From a virus (lineage: Duplodnaviria; Heunggongvirae; Uroviricota; Caudoviricetes), in the IMG/VR virus record IMGVR_UViG_2751185972_000009, positions 1 to 5,870 of that record: DNA of 5,870 nucleotides, one strand, 5' to 3'. Both the position numbers and the translations under genes were made by a program. How positions within the stretch are numbered: the first letter of the stretch is position 1; every line of letters starts with the position of its first letter. The notes under the pieces were generated by a model. The model made no database searches. It had not been told where the DNA came from and saw only the letters and a program-made list of their open reading frames with translations. Shown here piece after piece: positions 1 to 5,655 of this stretch.

Positions 1-322
1 TTTTCCAGAGGCGGTCGAACTCCGCCTTCGCAAAATAAGCGGAAGCCTGGCGAAGGATATCGTTACTGCGGCGCAGTTCACGATTTTCACGTTCCAGCTC
101 TTTCAGACGCTGACGTTCAGCGGTGGTGAGCCCGCCATCACCGCCTCCGGTATCCCGCTCATGCTGGCGTACCCAGACACGCAGAGTCTCCGGTGTACAG
201 CCAATCTTTGGGGCAATGGAACAAATTGCCGCCCACTGTGAGTCATATTCGCCCTGACTTTCCAGAACCATACGAATCGCCCTCTGACGGACTTCGGGGG
301 AAAAACGAGTATTTTTAGTCAT
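1..322 (-). CDS. IS3-family transposase OrfA (HTH, leucine-zipper region), truncated by the window edge
   Basis: ATG at 322..320 on the - strand; a plausible RBS (AGAGGTAAACAGG) is 5' of it on that strand. The frame stays open to position 2; its C-terminal ...[20 protein letters not shown] lies where the IS3-family OrfA/OrfB frameshift window normally sits. Confidence 0.8.
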   Translation of the reverse strand, partial: MTKNTRFSPEVRQRAIRMVLESQGEYDSQWAAICSIAPKIGCTPETLRVWVRQHERDTGGGDGGLTTAERQRLKELERENRELRRSNDILRQASAYFAKAEFDRLWK

Positions 323-376
323 CCTGTTTACCTCTTTCTCAGGGAGTTTAGTCTCCAGGATTCCCGGGGCGGTTCA
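1..376 (-). mobile_element. IS3-family insertion sequence (IS629-like), partial; terminus inside window at 376, element continues past the left edge
   Basis: The - strand encodes an OrfA-like product ([42 protein letters not shown]...[35 protein letters not shown]) that I recognise as IS629/IS3-group OrfA. + strand 358..376 is the reverse complement of the remembered IS629 terminus TGAACCGCCCCGGGAATCC, giving a TG...CA-type end at 376. Confidence 0.8.
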
Positions 377-550
377 GTTAGTCATTACCGCATTGTGTGT
401 TTGCAAAAAAATGGGGCTGCGTTAATTAATTTTGTGGATGCCCGAGTGACGGACGGATTTATCTTGCGCGACGGTGAGTTTGTCACTTCATTACAGGCAT
501 TGAAAGAGATCGGAATAAAAGCTGGCTTTTCTGCTTTTTCAGAAGAATAA
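377..550 (+). pseudogene. 5'-truncated ORF remnant (C-terminal 57 codons) abutting the IS terminus
   Basis: The frame starting at 377 is open with no stop from the IS boundary to TAA at 548..550 (...VSHYRIVCLQKNGAALINFVDARVTDGFILRDGEFVTSLQALKEIGIKAGFSAFSEE*). It has no start codon or RBS of its own, consistent with a gene interrupted by the IS insertion. Confidence 0.4.
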
Positions 551-616
551 ACTCATCTACAATCTTGCGCGGGGCTGAACTCCCGCTGAGTAACACCGTG
601 CCACCGGAGAAAACCG

Positions 617-895
617 ATGGCACGCAACGCAAAATATTACAATCATGATAATTCGACCGTTCTTGCCCACACGCACGAGCGGTATTCTCATGCATTTAAG
701 TCAGACTGGTACCAGCATCCCCCATGCACTGAAGAACAGGCCGATTGGCTCATTCAGTGTTACCGCAGGCGCGGATGCGAGGTTAAAAAAGCCCTTAGCC
801 TCGACTACCGTCACTGGATAATCTCCGTCAGGCTCCCTTACTCCGAACGGCCACCGCGTCCGTCCCGCACATTCCAGCAACGTATCTGGAGGTAA
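617..895 (+). CDS. hypothetical small protein (92 aa), first gene of the nin-like operon
   Basis: ATG at 617 preceded by GGAGA (604..608). The stop TAA at 893..895 overlaps the RBS of the next gene, suggesting translational coupling. No family recognised. Confidence 0.4.
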   Translation: MARNAKYYNHDNSTVLAHTHERYSHAFKSDWYQHPPCTEEQADWLIQCYRRRGCEVKKALSLDYRHWIISVRLPYSERPPRPSRTFQQRIWR

Positions 896-896
896 C

Positions 897-1943
897 GTGC
901 GGGTATTACTTCGACCTGTTCTGGTACCGGAACTCGGGCTGGTGATCGTTAAGCCGGGCCGTGAATCCATGCCGGTATTCCACAATACCCGGGTACTGGT
1001 GGAGCCGGAACCGAAAAGCATGCGTAATCTGTCGTCCGGGGTCGTTCCTGCCGTTCGCCAGCCGCTGGCGGAGGATAAATCATTACTGCCATTTTTCAGC
1101 GACGAACGAGTGATTCGTGCTGCTGGTGGCGCTGGCGCATTGTCTGACTGGTTACTGCGCCATGTTAAATCCTGCCAGTGGCCACACGGCGATTATCACC
1201 ACAGTGAAACCGTCATTCACCGTTATGGTACCGGCGCAATGGTGTTGTGCTGGCACTGCGACAACCAGCTGCGCGACCAGACCTCCGAATCACTCGGGCA
1301 ACTTGCTCACCAAAACCTGTCTGCATGGATGATTGACGTCATACTCCATGCAATGAATGGCTCGCAGGAACGGGAATTATCGCTGGCTGAATTATCCTGG
1401 TGGGCGGTCCGCAATCAGGTGGCGGACGCGCTACCGGAAGCGGTATTACGTCGTTCGCTGGGGTTGCGTGCGGAAAAAATCCGCTCAATGTACCGTGAAA
1501 GCGACATCGTACCGGGAGAGCAGACCGCCACCAGCATACTGAAGCAGCGCACAAAAAATCTTGCGCCGCTGTCTCACGCCCACCAGCAAAACCCGCCACA
1601 GGAAGAGACGGTGGTCAGCATTGCCGTTGATCCTGAGTCTCCGGAATCTTTCATGAAACGACCTAAACGTCGCCGCTGGGTTAACGAGAAATACACACGC
1701 TGGGTGAAGACACAGCCGTGTGCGTGTTGTGGTAAGCCAGCCGACGATCCCCATCACCTGATTGGTCATGGTCAGGGCGGAATGGGGACAAAATCTCACG
1801 ATATTTTCACGCTACCGCTGTGTCGGGAGCATCACAACGAGCTTCATGCGGATCCTCTGGCGTTCGAAGAAAAGCATGGTTCTCAGGTTGATTTAATTTT
1901 TCGTTTTCTTGATCACGCCTTTGCAACTGGCGTGCTTGGGTAA
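897..1943 (+). CDS. DUF968/YdfU-like prophage protein with C-terminal Cys/His cluster (HNH/zinc-finger-like)
   Basis: 348-aa ORF with GTG start at 897 and GGAGG at 888..892. The C-terminus (CACCGKPADDPHHLIGHGQGG...LPLCREHHNELH) has CxxC...HH...N...H spacing typical of HNH-type motifs. Size and position (upstream of rusA and Q) match YdfU-like proteins of lambdoid prophages. Family assignment is from memory; the start could instead be ATG 969 or 1020. Confidence 0.7.
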   Translation: MRVLLRPVLVPELGLVIVKPGRESMPVFHNTRVLVEPEPKSMRNLSSGVVPAVRQPLAEDKSLLPFFSDERVIRAAGGAGALSDWLLRHVKSCQWPHGDYHHSETVIHRYGTGAMVLCWHCDNQLRDQTSESLGQLAHQNLSAWMIDVILHAMNGSQERELSLAELSWWAVRNQVADALPEAVLRRSLGLRAEKIRSMYRESDIVPGEQTATSILKQRTKNLAPLSHAHQQNPPQEETVVSIAVDPESPESFMKRPKRRRWVNEKYTRWVKTQPCACCGKPADDPHHLIGHGQGGMGTKSHDIFTLPLCREHHNELHADPLAFEEKHGSQVDLIFRFLDHAFATGVLG

Positions 1944-1955
1944 AAGAGGTGACTG

Positions 1956-2330
1956 ATGCTCATAGATTTGGTTTTACCTTACCCGCCGACGGTGAACACT
2001 TACTGGCGACGCCGTGGCAGCACATATTTTATCTCGGAGGAGGGAAAGCGTTATCGCCGGGCTGTGGCGCTTATTGTTCGCCAGCAGCGGCTGAAATTAA
2101 GCCTGTCCGGAAGGCTGGCGATAAAGGTGATTGCAGAGCCACCGGATAAGCGTCGTCGCGACCTGGACAATATTCTGAAAGCACCACTGGATGCGCTGAC
2201 GCATGCCGGACTTCTCATAGACGACGAGCAGTTTGATGAAATCAATATTGTGCGCGGTCAGCGCGTTCCTGGGGGGCGGCTGGGCGTGAAGATTTACCCC
2301 ATAATGCTTGAAGGGCAGGTCAAAAAATGA
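1956..2330 (+). CDS. rusA: RusA-family Holliday junction resolvase (crossover junction endodeoxyribonuclease)
   Basis: 124 aa with strong SD AAGAGGTG upstream. Motifs LPYPPTVNTYW, PDKRRRDLDN, LIDDEQ and GGRL align with the remembered E. coli RusA (LPWPPSNNRYY, PDRRRRDLDN, WLDDAQ, GGRL), including the catalytic Asp residues. Confidence 0.88.
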   Translation: MLIDLVLPYPPTVNTYWRRRGSTYFISEEGKRYRRAVALIVRQQRLKLSLSGRLAIKVIAEPPDKRRRDLDNILKAPLDALTHAGLLIDDEQFDEINIVRGQRVPGGRLGVKIYPIMLEGQVKK

Positions 2331-3148
2331 AACTGGAAGATTTACCGAAATACTACTCCCCAAAATCCCCCGGCCTGACTGATGCATCGGCCTCAACGTC
2401 GAAAGATGCGCTGAGTATCACTGATGTGATGGCCGCGCAGGGCATGACACAGAATCGGGCTGAGATGGGGTTTTCTGCGTTCCTTGGGAAAATGGGCATT
2501 AGTATGAATGACAGAGAGCGGGCAACAGAATTGCTGACAGAATATGCACTCAGTCGGTGTGATCGCGTGGCGGCGTTAAGAAAACTCCCGGCAGAAATAA
2601 AACCGGCAGTGATGCGTATTATGGCTTCGTATGCGTTTGAAGATTATGCCCGTAGCGCGGCGAGCAAAAAACAGTGCTCCTGCTGTCACGGAAAAAAATT
2701 TATTGAAAGCGAGGTTTTTACAAACAAGATCCAGTATCCGGATGGTAAGCCGCCGGTATGGGCAAAGTGTACGAAAGGTGTGTATCCGTCTTACTGGGAA
2801 GAATGGAAAAAAGTCAGGGAGGTGGTAAAAGTTGCCTGTCCGGAGTGTGGCGGAAAGGGTGAGGTTTCCACCGCCTGTAAGGATTGCCGTGGGCGTGGTG
2901 TCGCCATTCATCGTGAAGAGTCGGTAAAACGTGGTATGCCTGTTATCAGAGACTGCCAGCGTTGTGGTGGTCGTGGCTGTGAAAGACTACCATCAACGGA
3001 GGCATTTAATGCCATATGCAAAGTGACGAGTGCTATCACGCTTGATACGTGGAAAAAATCAGTGAAACGCTTTTACGATACGTTGGTGGTTCGGTTTGAC
3101 ATTGAAGAGGCATGGGCGGAGCGGCAGTTAAAGAGGGTAACGCGATAG
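2327..3148 (+). CDS. Q: Late-gene antiterminator Q (lambda-type), long variant with four CxxCxGxG-like motifs
   Basis: ATGA overlap with the rusA stop. The N-terminus (YYSPKSP...ITDVMAAQGM...GFSAF.GK) and C-terminus (MASYAFEDYARSAA...RFYDTLVV...RVTR) are colinear with lambda Q (FHSPKSP...TDVMAAMGM...ATFAYADYCRSAA...PLYDALVV...AVTR). The central region carries CSCCHGKK, CPECGGKG, CKDCRGRG and CQRCGGRG. Confidence 0.9.
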   Translation: MKLEDLPKYYSPKSPGLTDASASTSKDALSITDVMAAQGMTQNRAEMGFSAFLGKMGISMNDRERATELLTEYALSRCDRVAALRKLPAEIKPAVMRIMASYAFEDYARSAASKKQCSCCHGKKFIESEVFTNKIQYPDGKPPVWAKCTKGVYPSYWEEWKKVREVVKVACPECGGKGEVSTACKDCRGRGVAIHREESVKRGMPVIRDCQRCGGRGCERLPSTEAFNAICKVTSAITLDTWKKSVKRFYDTLVVRFDIEEAWAERQLKRVTR

Positions 3149-3153
3149 TGTTG

Positions 3154-3205
3154 TTGATTTTTCCCGAATCTGTGGTAAATTTGCTCTAACGATGGGCGTT
3201 TTATG
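3154..3205 (+). promoter_or_regulatory. Late promoter pR' with Q-utilisation (qut)/pause region
   Basis: -35 TTGATT (3154..3159), 16-nt spacer, -10 TAAATT (3176..3181), then tgctctaACGATGGG. This is near-identical to the remembered lambda pR' region (GGTAAATTtgactcaACGATGGG), so the predicted TSS is A3189. It lies directly downstream of Q, as in lambdoid phages. Confidence 0.75.
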
Positions 3206-3230
3206 CCTGACGTTAGAAGATTTTTTACAC

Positions 3231-3252
3231 CCCGCCGCCTGGCGGGTTTTTT
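3231..3252 (+). terminator. Intrinsic terminator (tR'-like) about 45-65 nt downstream of the pR' start
   Basis: Stem CCCGCC (3231..3236) pairs with GGCGGG (3241..3246), 4-nt loop, followed by T6 (3247..3252). Confidence 0.65.
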
Positions 3253-3374
3253 ATGACTGAAATCGCGTCAGTATAGTAAACGCGCTGGTGGCGGTGAATA
3301 CCTGTCTTTCAGCTTGCTGGCTTTTTCGACAAGAGTTATTGGTGTGTCACGTTAACCGGAAAAGGGAAAAAGAC

Positions 3375-3572
3375 ATGCTAAAACAGCAGGATATGACAGA
3401 AACCGCCAGAGTGGTGTTTAATGAATTAAGCGTTACCGAACCGGCGACAGTCGGGGAGATAGCGCAGAATACTTACCTTTCACGCGAACGCTGCCAGTTA
3501 ATACTGACCCAGCTGGTTATGGCGGATCTGGCAGACTATCAGTTCGGTTGTTACAGACGCCTTCCGCAGTGA
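3375..3572 (+). CDS. small winged-helix-like DNA-binding protein (65 aa), family unverified (pattern reminiscent of PapI/FaeA-type regulators)
   Basis: ATG 3375 preceded by AGGGA (3363..3367). Product MLKQQDMTETARVVFNELSVTEPATVGEIAQNTYLSRERCQLILTQLVMADLADYQFGCYRRLPQ. The 94-aa version in the ORF track starts at GTG 3288 without an RBS, so the shorter start is preferred. Confidence 0.55.
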   Translation: MLKQQDMTETARVVFNELSVTEPATVGEIAQNTYLSRERCQLILTQLVMADLADYQFGCYRRLPQ

Positions 3573-3583
3573 AGGCTTTTTTA
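3559..3583 (+). terminator. Intrinsic terminator overlapping the stop codon of the small ORF
   Basis: GCCTTC (3559..3564), loop cgcagt, GAAGGC (3571..3576), followed by TTTTTTATTT. Confidence 0.6.
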
Positions 3584-3598
3584 TTTGTGGTAATGGGC

Positions 3599-3627
3599 GC
3601 TGGTGGGTGTTAGGGGCACCCACCAGC
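3599..3627. promoter_or_regulatory. Perfect 11-bp inverted repeat (stem-loop or operator) in the methyltransferase leader
   Basis: GCTGGTGGGTG (3599..3609), 7-nt loop, CACCCACCAGC (3617..3627), all 11 pairs Watson-Crick, no T-tract after it. A second palindrome CTGCTTTgcgcAAAGCAG lies at 3670..3688. Confidence 0.4.
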
Positions 3628-3720
3628 CATCTGCTCATGCGTTGGGTTCACAAGCAAACCTCAGGCCCACTGCTTTGCGCAAAAGCAGAATGAGCCTATC
3701 AGAGACAGGCTTAATGATCC

Positions 3721-4770
3721 ATGCTTAATACTGTAAAAATATCCAGTTGTGAGTTAATCAACGCCGACTGCCTGGAATTTATCCGGTCGTTACCCGAAAA
3801 TTCTGTTGACCTGATAGTCACGGACCCGCCGTACTTTAAAGTGAAGCCTGAGGGCTGGGATAACCAGTGGAAGGGCGACGATGATTACCTGAAGTGGCTG
3901 GACCAGTGTCTGGCGCAGTTCTGGCGGGTGCTGAAACCTGCCGGAAGTCTTTACCTGTTCTGTGGTCATCGCCTGGCATCTGATATCGAAATCATGATGC
4001 GTGAACGCTTCAGTGTGCTGAACCATATTATCTGGGCGAAGCCGTCCGGACGCTGGAACGGATGCAACAAGGAAAGCCTGCGGGCGTATTTCCCCGCCAC
4101 AGAGCGCATTCTGTTCGCGGAACATTATCAGGGGCCGTATCGTCCGAAAGATGCCGGGTATGCGGCGAAGGGCAGTGCACTGAAACAGCATGTGATGGCC
4201 CCGCTGATTTCTTACTTTCGTGATGCGCGCGCGGCCCTGGGGATAACGGCAAAACAGATTGCAGATGCCACAGGAAAGAAAAACATGGTGTCGCACTGGT
4301 TCAGTGCCAGTCAGTGGCAGCTACCGAACGAAAGCGATTATCTGAAATTACAGTCGCTGTTTGCCCGGGTGGCAGAAGAGAAACATCAGCGCGGTGAACT
4401 GGAAAAGCCCCACCACCAGCTGGTGGATACGTATACGTCACTGAACCGGCAGTATGTGGAGCTGCAGAGTGAATATAAGCATCTGCGGCGGTATTTTGGT
4501 GTGACGGCGCAGGTGCCGTACACGGATGTGTGGACACATAAACCGGTGCAGTTCTATCCCGGGAAACATCCGTGCGAAAAACCGGCAGAAATGCTGCAGC
4601 AGATAATCAGCGCAAGCAGTCGTCCGGGTGACCTGGTTGCAGATTTTTTTATGGGCTCAGGTTCAACGGTAAAAGCGGCACTGGCGCTCGGGCGTCGTGC
4701 GATTGGCGTTGAGCTGGAGACCGGACGTTTTGAGCAGACAGTCAGGGAAGTTCAGGATTTAATCGTTTGA
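3721..4770 (+). CDS. DNA methyltransferase, beta-class (motif IV DPPY N-terminal to motif I FxGxG); probably N6-adenine, possibly N4-cytosine; no cognate restriction gene in window
   Basis: 349 aa. DLIVTDPPYF near the N-terminus and DLVADFFMGSGSTVKAA near the C-terminus. This order of motifs defines beta-class amino-MTases. No endonuclease-like ORF is adjacent. Confidence 0.85.
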   Translation: MLNTVKISSCELINADCLEFIRSLPENSVDLIVTDPPYFKVKPEGWDNQWKGDDDYLKWLDQCLAQFWRVLKPAGSLYLFCGHRLASDIEIMMRERFSVLNHIIWAKPSGRWNGCNKESLRAYFPATERILFAEHYQGPYRPKDAGYAAKGSALKQHVMAPLISYFRDARAALGITAKQIADATGKKNMVSHWFSASQWQLPNESDYLKLQSLFARVAEEKHQRGELEKPHHQLVDTYTSLNRQYVELQSEYKHLRRYFGVTAQVPYTDVWTHKPVQFYPGKHPCEKPAEMLQQIISASSRPGDLVADFFMGSGSTVKAALALGRRAIGVELETGRFEQTVREVQDLIV

Positions 4771-4819
4771 AACGGATGAGATTGCAGAATTAATTACGCA
4801 CCATTATTATTCTGCTCCC

Positions 4820-4895
4820 GGCCCTTTAGCTCAGTGGTGAGAGCGAGCGACTCATAATCGCCAGGTCGCTGGTTCAAATCCAGCAAGGGCCACCA
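4820..4895 (+). tRNA. ileZ: tRNA-Ile2 (anticodon CAU, lysidine type; AUA decoding)
   Basis: Manual cloverleaf: acceptor GGCCCTT/AAGGGCC, D-arm GCTC-AGTGGTGA-GAGC, anticodon loop CTCATAA, T-arm GCTGG-TTCAAAT-CCAGC, discriminator A, encoded CCA. Near-identical in design to E. coli ileX. The symbol follows Stx-phage nomenclature recalled from memory. Confidence 0.85.
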
Positions 4896-4904
4896 TATCA
4901 CATA

Positions 4905-4981
4905 CCACCATTAGCTCATCGGGATAGAGCGCCAGCCTTCGAAGCTGGTTGCGCGGGGTTCGAGTTCTCGATGGCGGTCCA
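4905..4981 (+). tRNA. argN: tRNA-Arg (anticodon UCG)
   Basis: Manual cloverleaf: acceptor CCACCAT/ATGGCGG (one A:C mismatch at 3:70), D-arm GCTC-ATCGGGATA-GAGC, anticodon stem CCAGC/GCTGG, loop CTTCGAA, T-arm CGGGG-TTCGAGT-TCTCG (two G:U), encoded CCA. Confidence 0.75.
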
Positions 4982-4995
4982 TTTATCGGTATTCT

Positions 4996-5039
4996 GCGTT
5001 GTTAGCTCAGCCGGACAGAGCAATTGCCTTCTAAGCAGC
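4996..5039 (+). pseudogene. tRNA-Arg (anticodon UCU) 5' fragment: acceptor 5' strand, D-arm and anticodon arm only
   Basis: GCGTTGT-TA-GCTC-AGCCGGACA-GAGC-A-ATTGC-CTTCTAA-GCAGC is a good 5' two-thirds of a tRNA. I could find no T-arm (no 5-bp stem around a 7-nt loop in 5036..5080) and no acceptor 3' strand (ACAACGC-like) anywhere downstream in the window. Confidence 0.5.
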
Positions 5040-5187
5040 TGTGGTTGCACTCCTGTTGTTTCTGGTGGTGATGGTGGACTTCAGCAGCCGGATAATGTCG
5101 GTGCTGTCTGATGGTGTTTTGGTGGCGGGTGTGTGGTTGTTGCTTTCCCGTTGCTGAAAAAGAAAGCATCAGGCGATTAGCAGGGTA

Positions 5188-5386
5188 TCAGTTACCCGTT
5201 GAAATTTTTAAATACCTCACAATTCCACAGCTTGATGATTGTCTGGCTGCCGGAGAATTTGTTAAAAATTACATCGCATGGTGAATCCCCCTCAGCGGCG
5301 GGGCATCTGGCAAAGTGTATGATCCAGAGAACATGCAAATTCAGTAGACAGGCTGAATTTACCGGGAGGCCCCTGGCACCATGCGA
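5188..5386 (+). repeat. Copy 1 of a ~200-bp diverged direct repeat with conserved stem-loop architecture (candidate structured RNA or leader); core 5276..5384
   Basis: Aligns with 5656..5852 at roughly 70% identity. Shared blocks: CAGTT..CCCGT, ATTGTCTGGC, TTTGTTAAAAA, GCATGGTGAATCCCCCT, CTGAATT(T/C)ACCGGGAGGC, CACCATGC. GCATGGTG (5276..5283) is the reverse complement of CACCATGC (5377..5384). Confidence 0.6.
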
Positions 5387-5412
5387 CAGACAGAAATTAG
5401 GCTATACTTCAG

Positions 5413-5435
5413 CCCCTCTCCGGAGGGGCTTTTCT
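5413..5435 (+). terminator. Intrinsic terminator-like hairpin downstream of repeat copy 1
   Basis: CCCCTC (5413..5418), loop tccg, GAGGGG (5423..5428), then CTTTTCT. Confidence 0.5.
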
Positions 5436-5489
5436 GTGCAGGATGTGTCACAGTTTCCTGAATTCTGAGTACTGTCCTGTTACTCAGGG

Positions 5490-5498
5490 TGCTATATT
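5490..5498 (+). promoter_or_regulatory. Candidate extended -10 promoter (TGcTATATT) between the two repeats
   Basis: TGn + TATATT at 5490..5498. A perfect 7-bp inverted repeat CTGAGTA/TACTCAG (5465..5487) overlaps the -35/spacer position. No good -35 hexamer. Confidence 0.3.
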
Positions 5499-5623
5499 TT
5501 CTGACGTGATGAAAGTCTGCCGGAAGGCGGAACGTATCGGAAATGACCCAGTAGAGAAAACGTTGACTCAGATACCGATGCTGAGTTACCGGGAAACCGG
5601 CATCACATGACCGCTATCCTTCC

Positions 5624-5648
5624 AGGCTCGCTCCGGCGGGCCTTTTTA
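5624..5648 (+). terminator. Intrinsic terminator upstream of repeat copy 2
   Basis: AGGCTCGC (5624..5631), loop tccg, GCGGGCCT (5636..5643; 8 bp including one G:U), followed by TTTTT. Confidence 0.55.
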
Positions 5649-5655
5649 CTGCAGA

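Noticed and set aside
483-695. 70-aa - strand ORF across the IS-proximal intergenic region
   Set aside because: It overlaps both the + strand remnant frame and the start of the 92-aa ORF. No RBS or recognisable motif.
3288-3374. N-terminally extended (94 aa) version of the small winged-helix-like ORF, starting at GTG 3288
   Set aside because: GTG 3288 has no SD and the extension lies just downstream of the tR'-like terminator. ATG 3375 has a good RBS and gives a compact 65-aa product.
701-4537. - strand ORFs overlapping the + strand genes (701..1021, 1339..1599, 1485..1799, 2051..2245, 2097..2396, 2576..2911, 3790..4296, 4028..4252, 4301..4537) and internal + strand alternative-frame ORFs (1117..1332, 1357..1542, 1949..2149, 2631..2828)
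   Set aside because: These are shadow or alternative-frame ORFs inside well-supported genes (DUF968, rusA, Q, MTase) that have RBSs and recognisable motifs. None has independent support.
5230-5240. Hammerhead-ribozyme-like core (TGATGA) upstream of copy 1
   Set aside because: The sequence is TTGATGA rather than CUGAUGA, lacks the partner GAAA and helix arrangement, and is not conserved in copy 2.
5276-5320. Short ORFs starting at the ATG inside the P1 5' strand (14 codons in copy 1, 25 in copy 2)
   Set aside because: Different lengths and unrelated C-termini in the two copies, and no SD. The conserved nucleotides are better explained by RNA pairing.
5199-5468. 89-aa + strand ORF from the six-frame track
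   Set aside because: It spans repeat copy 1 and runs straight through the terminator-like hairpin at 5413..5435. It has no RBS and no counterpart in copy 2, so it is most likely a chance open frame.
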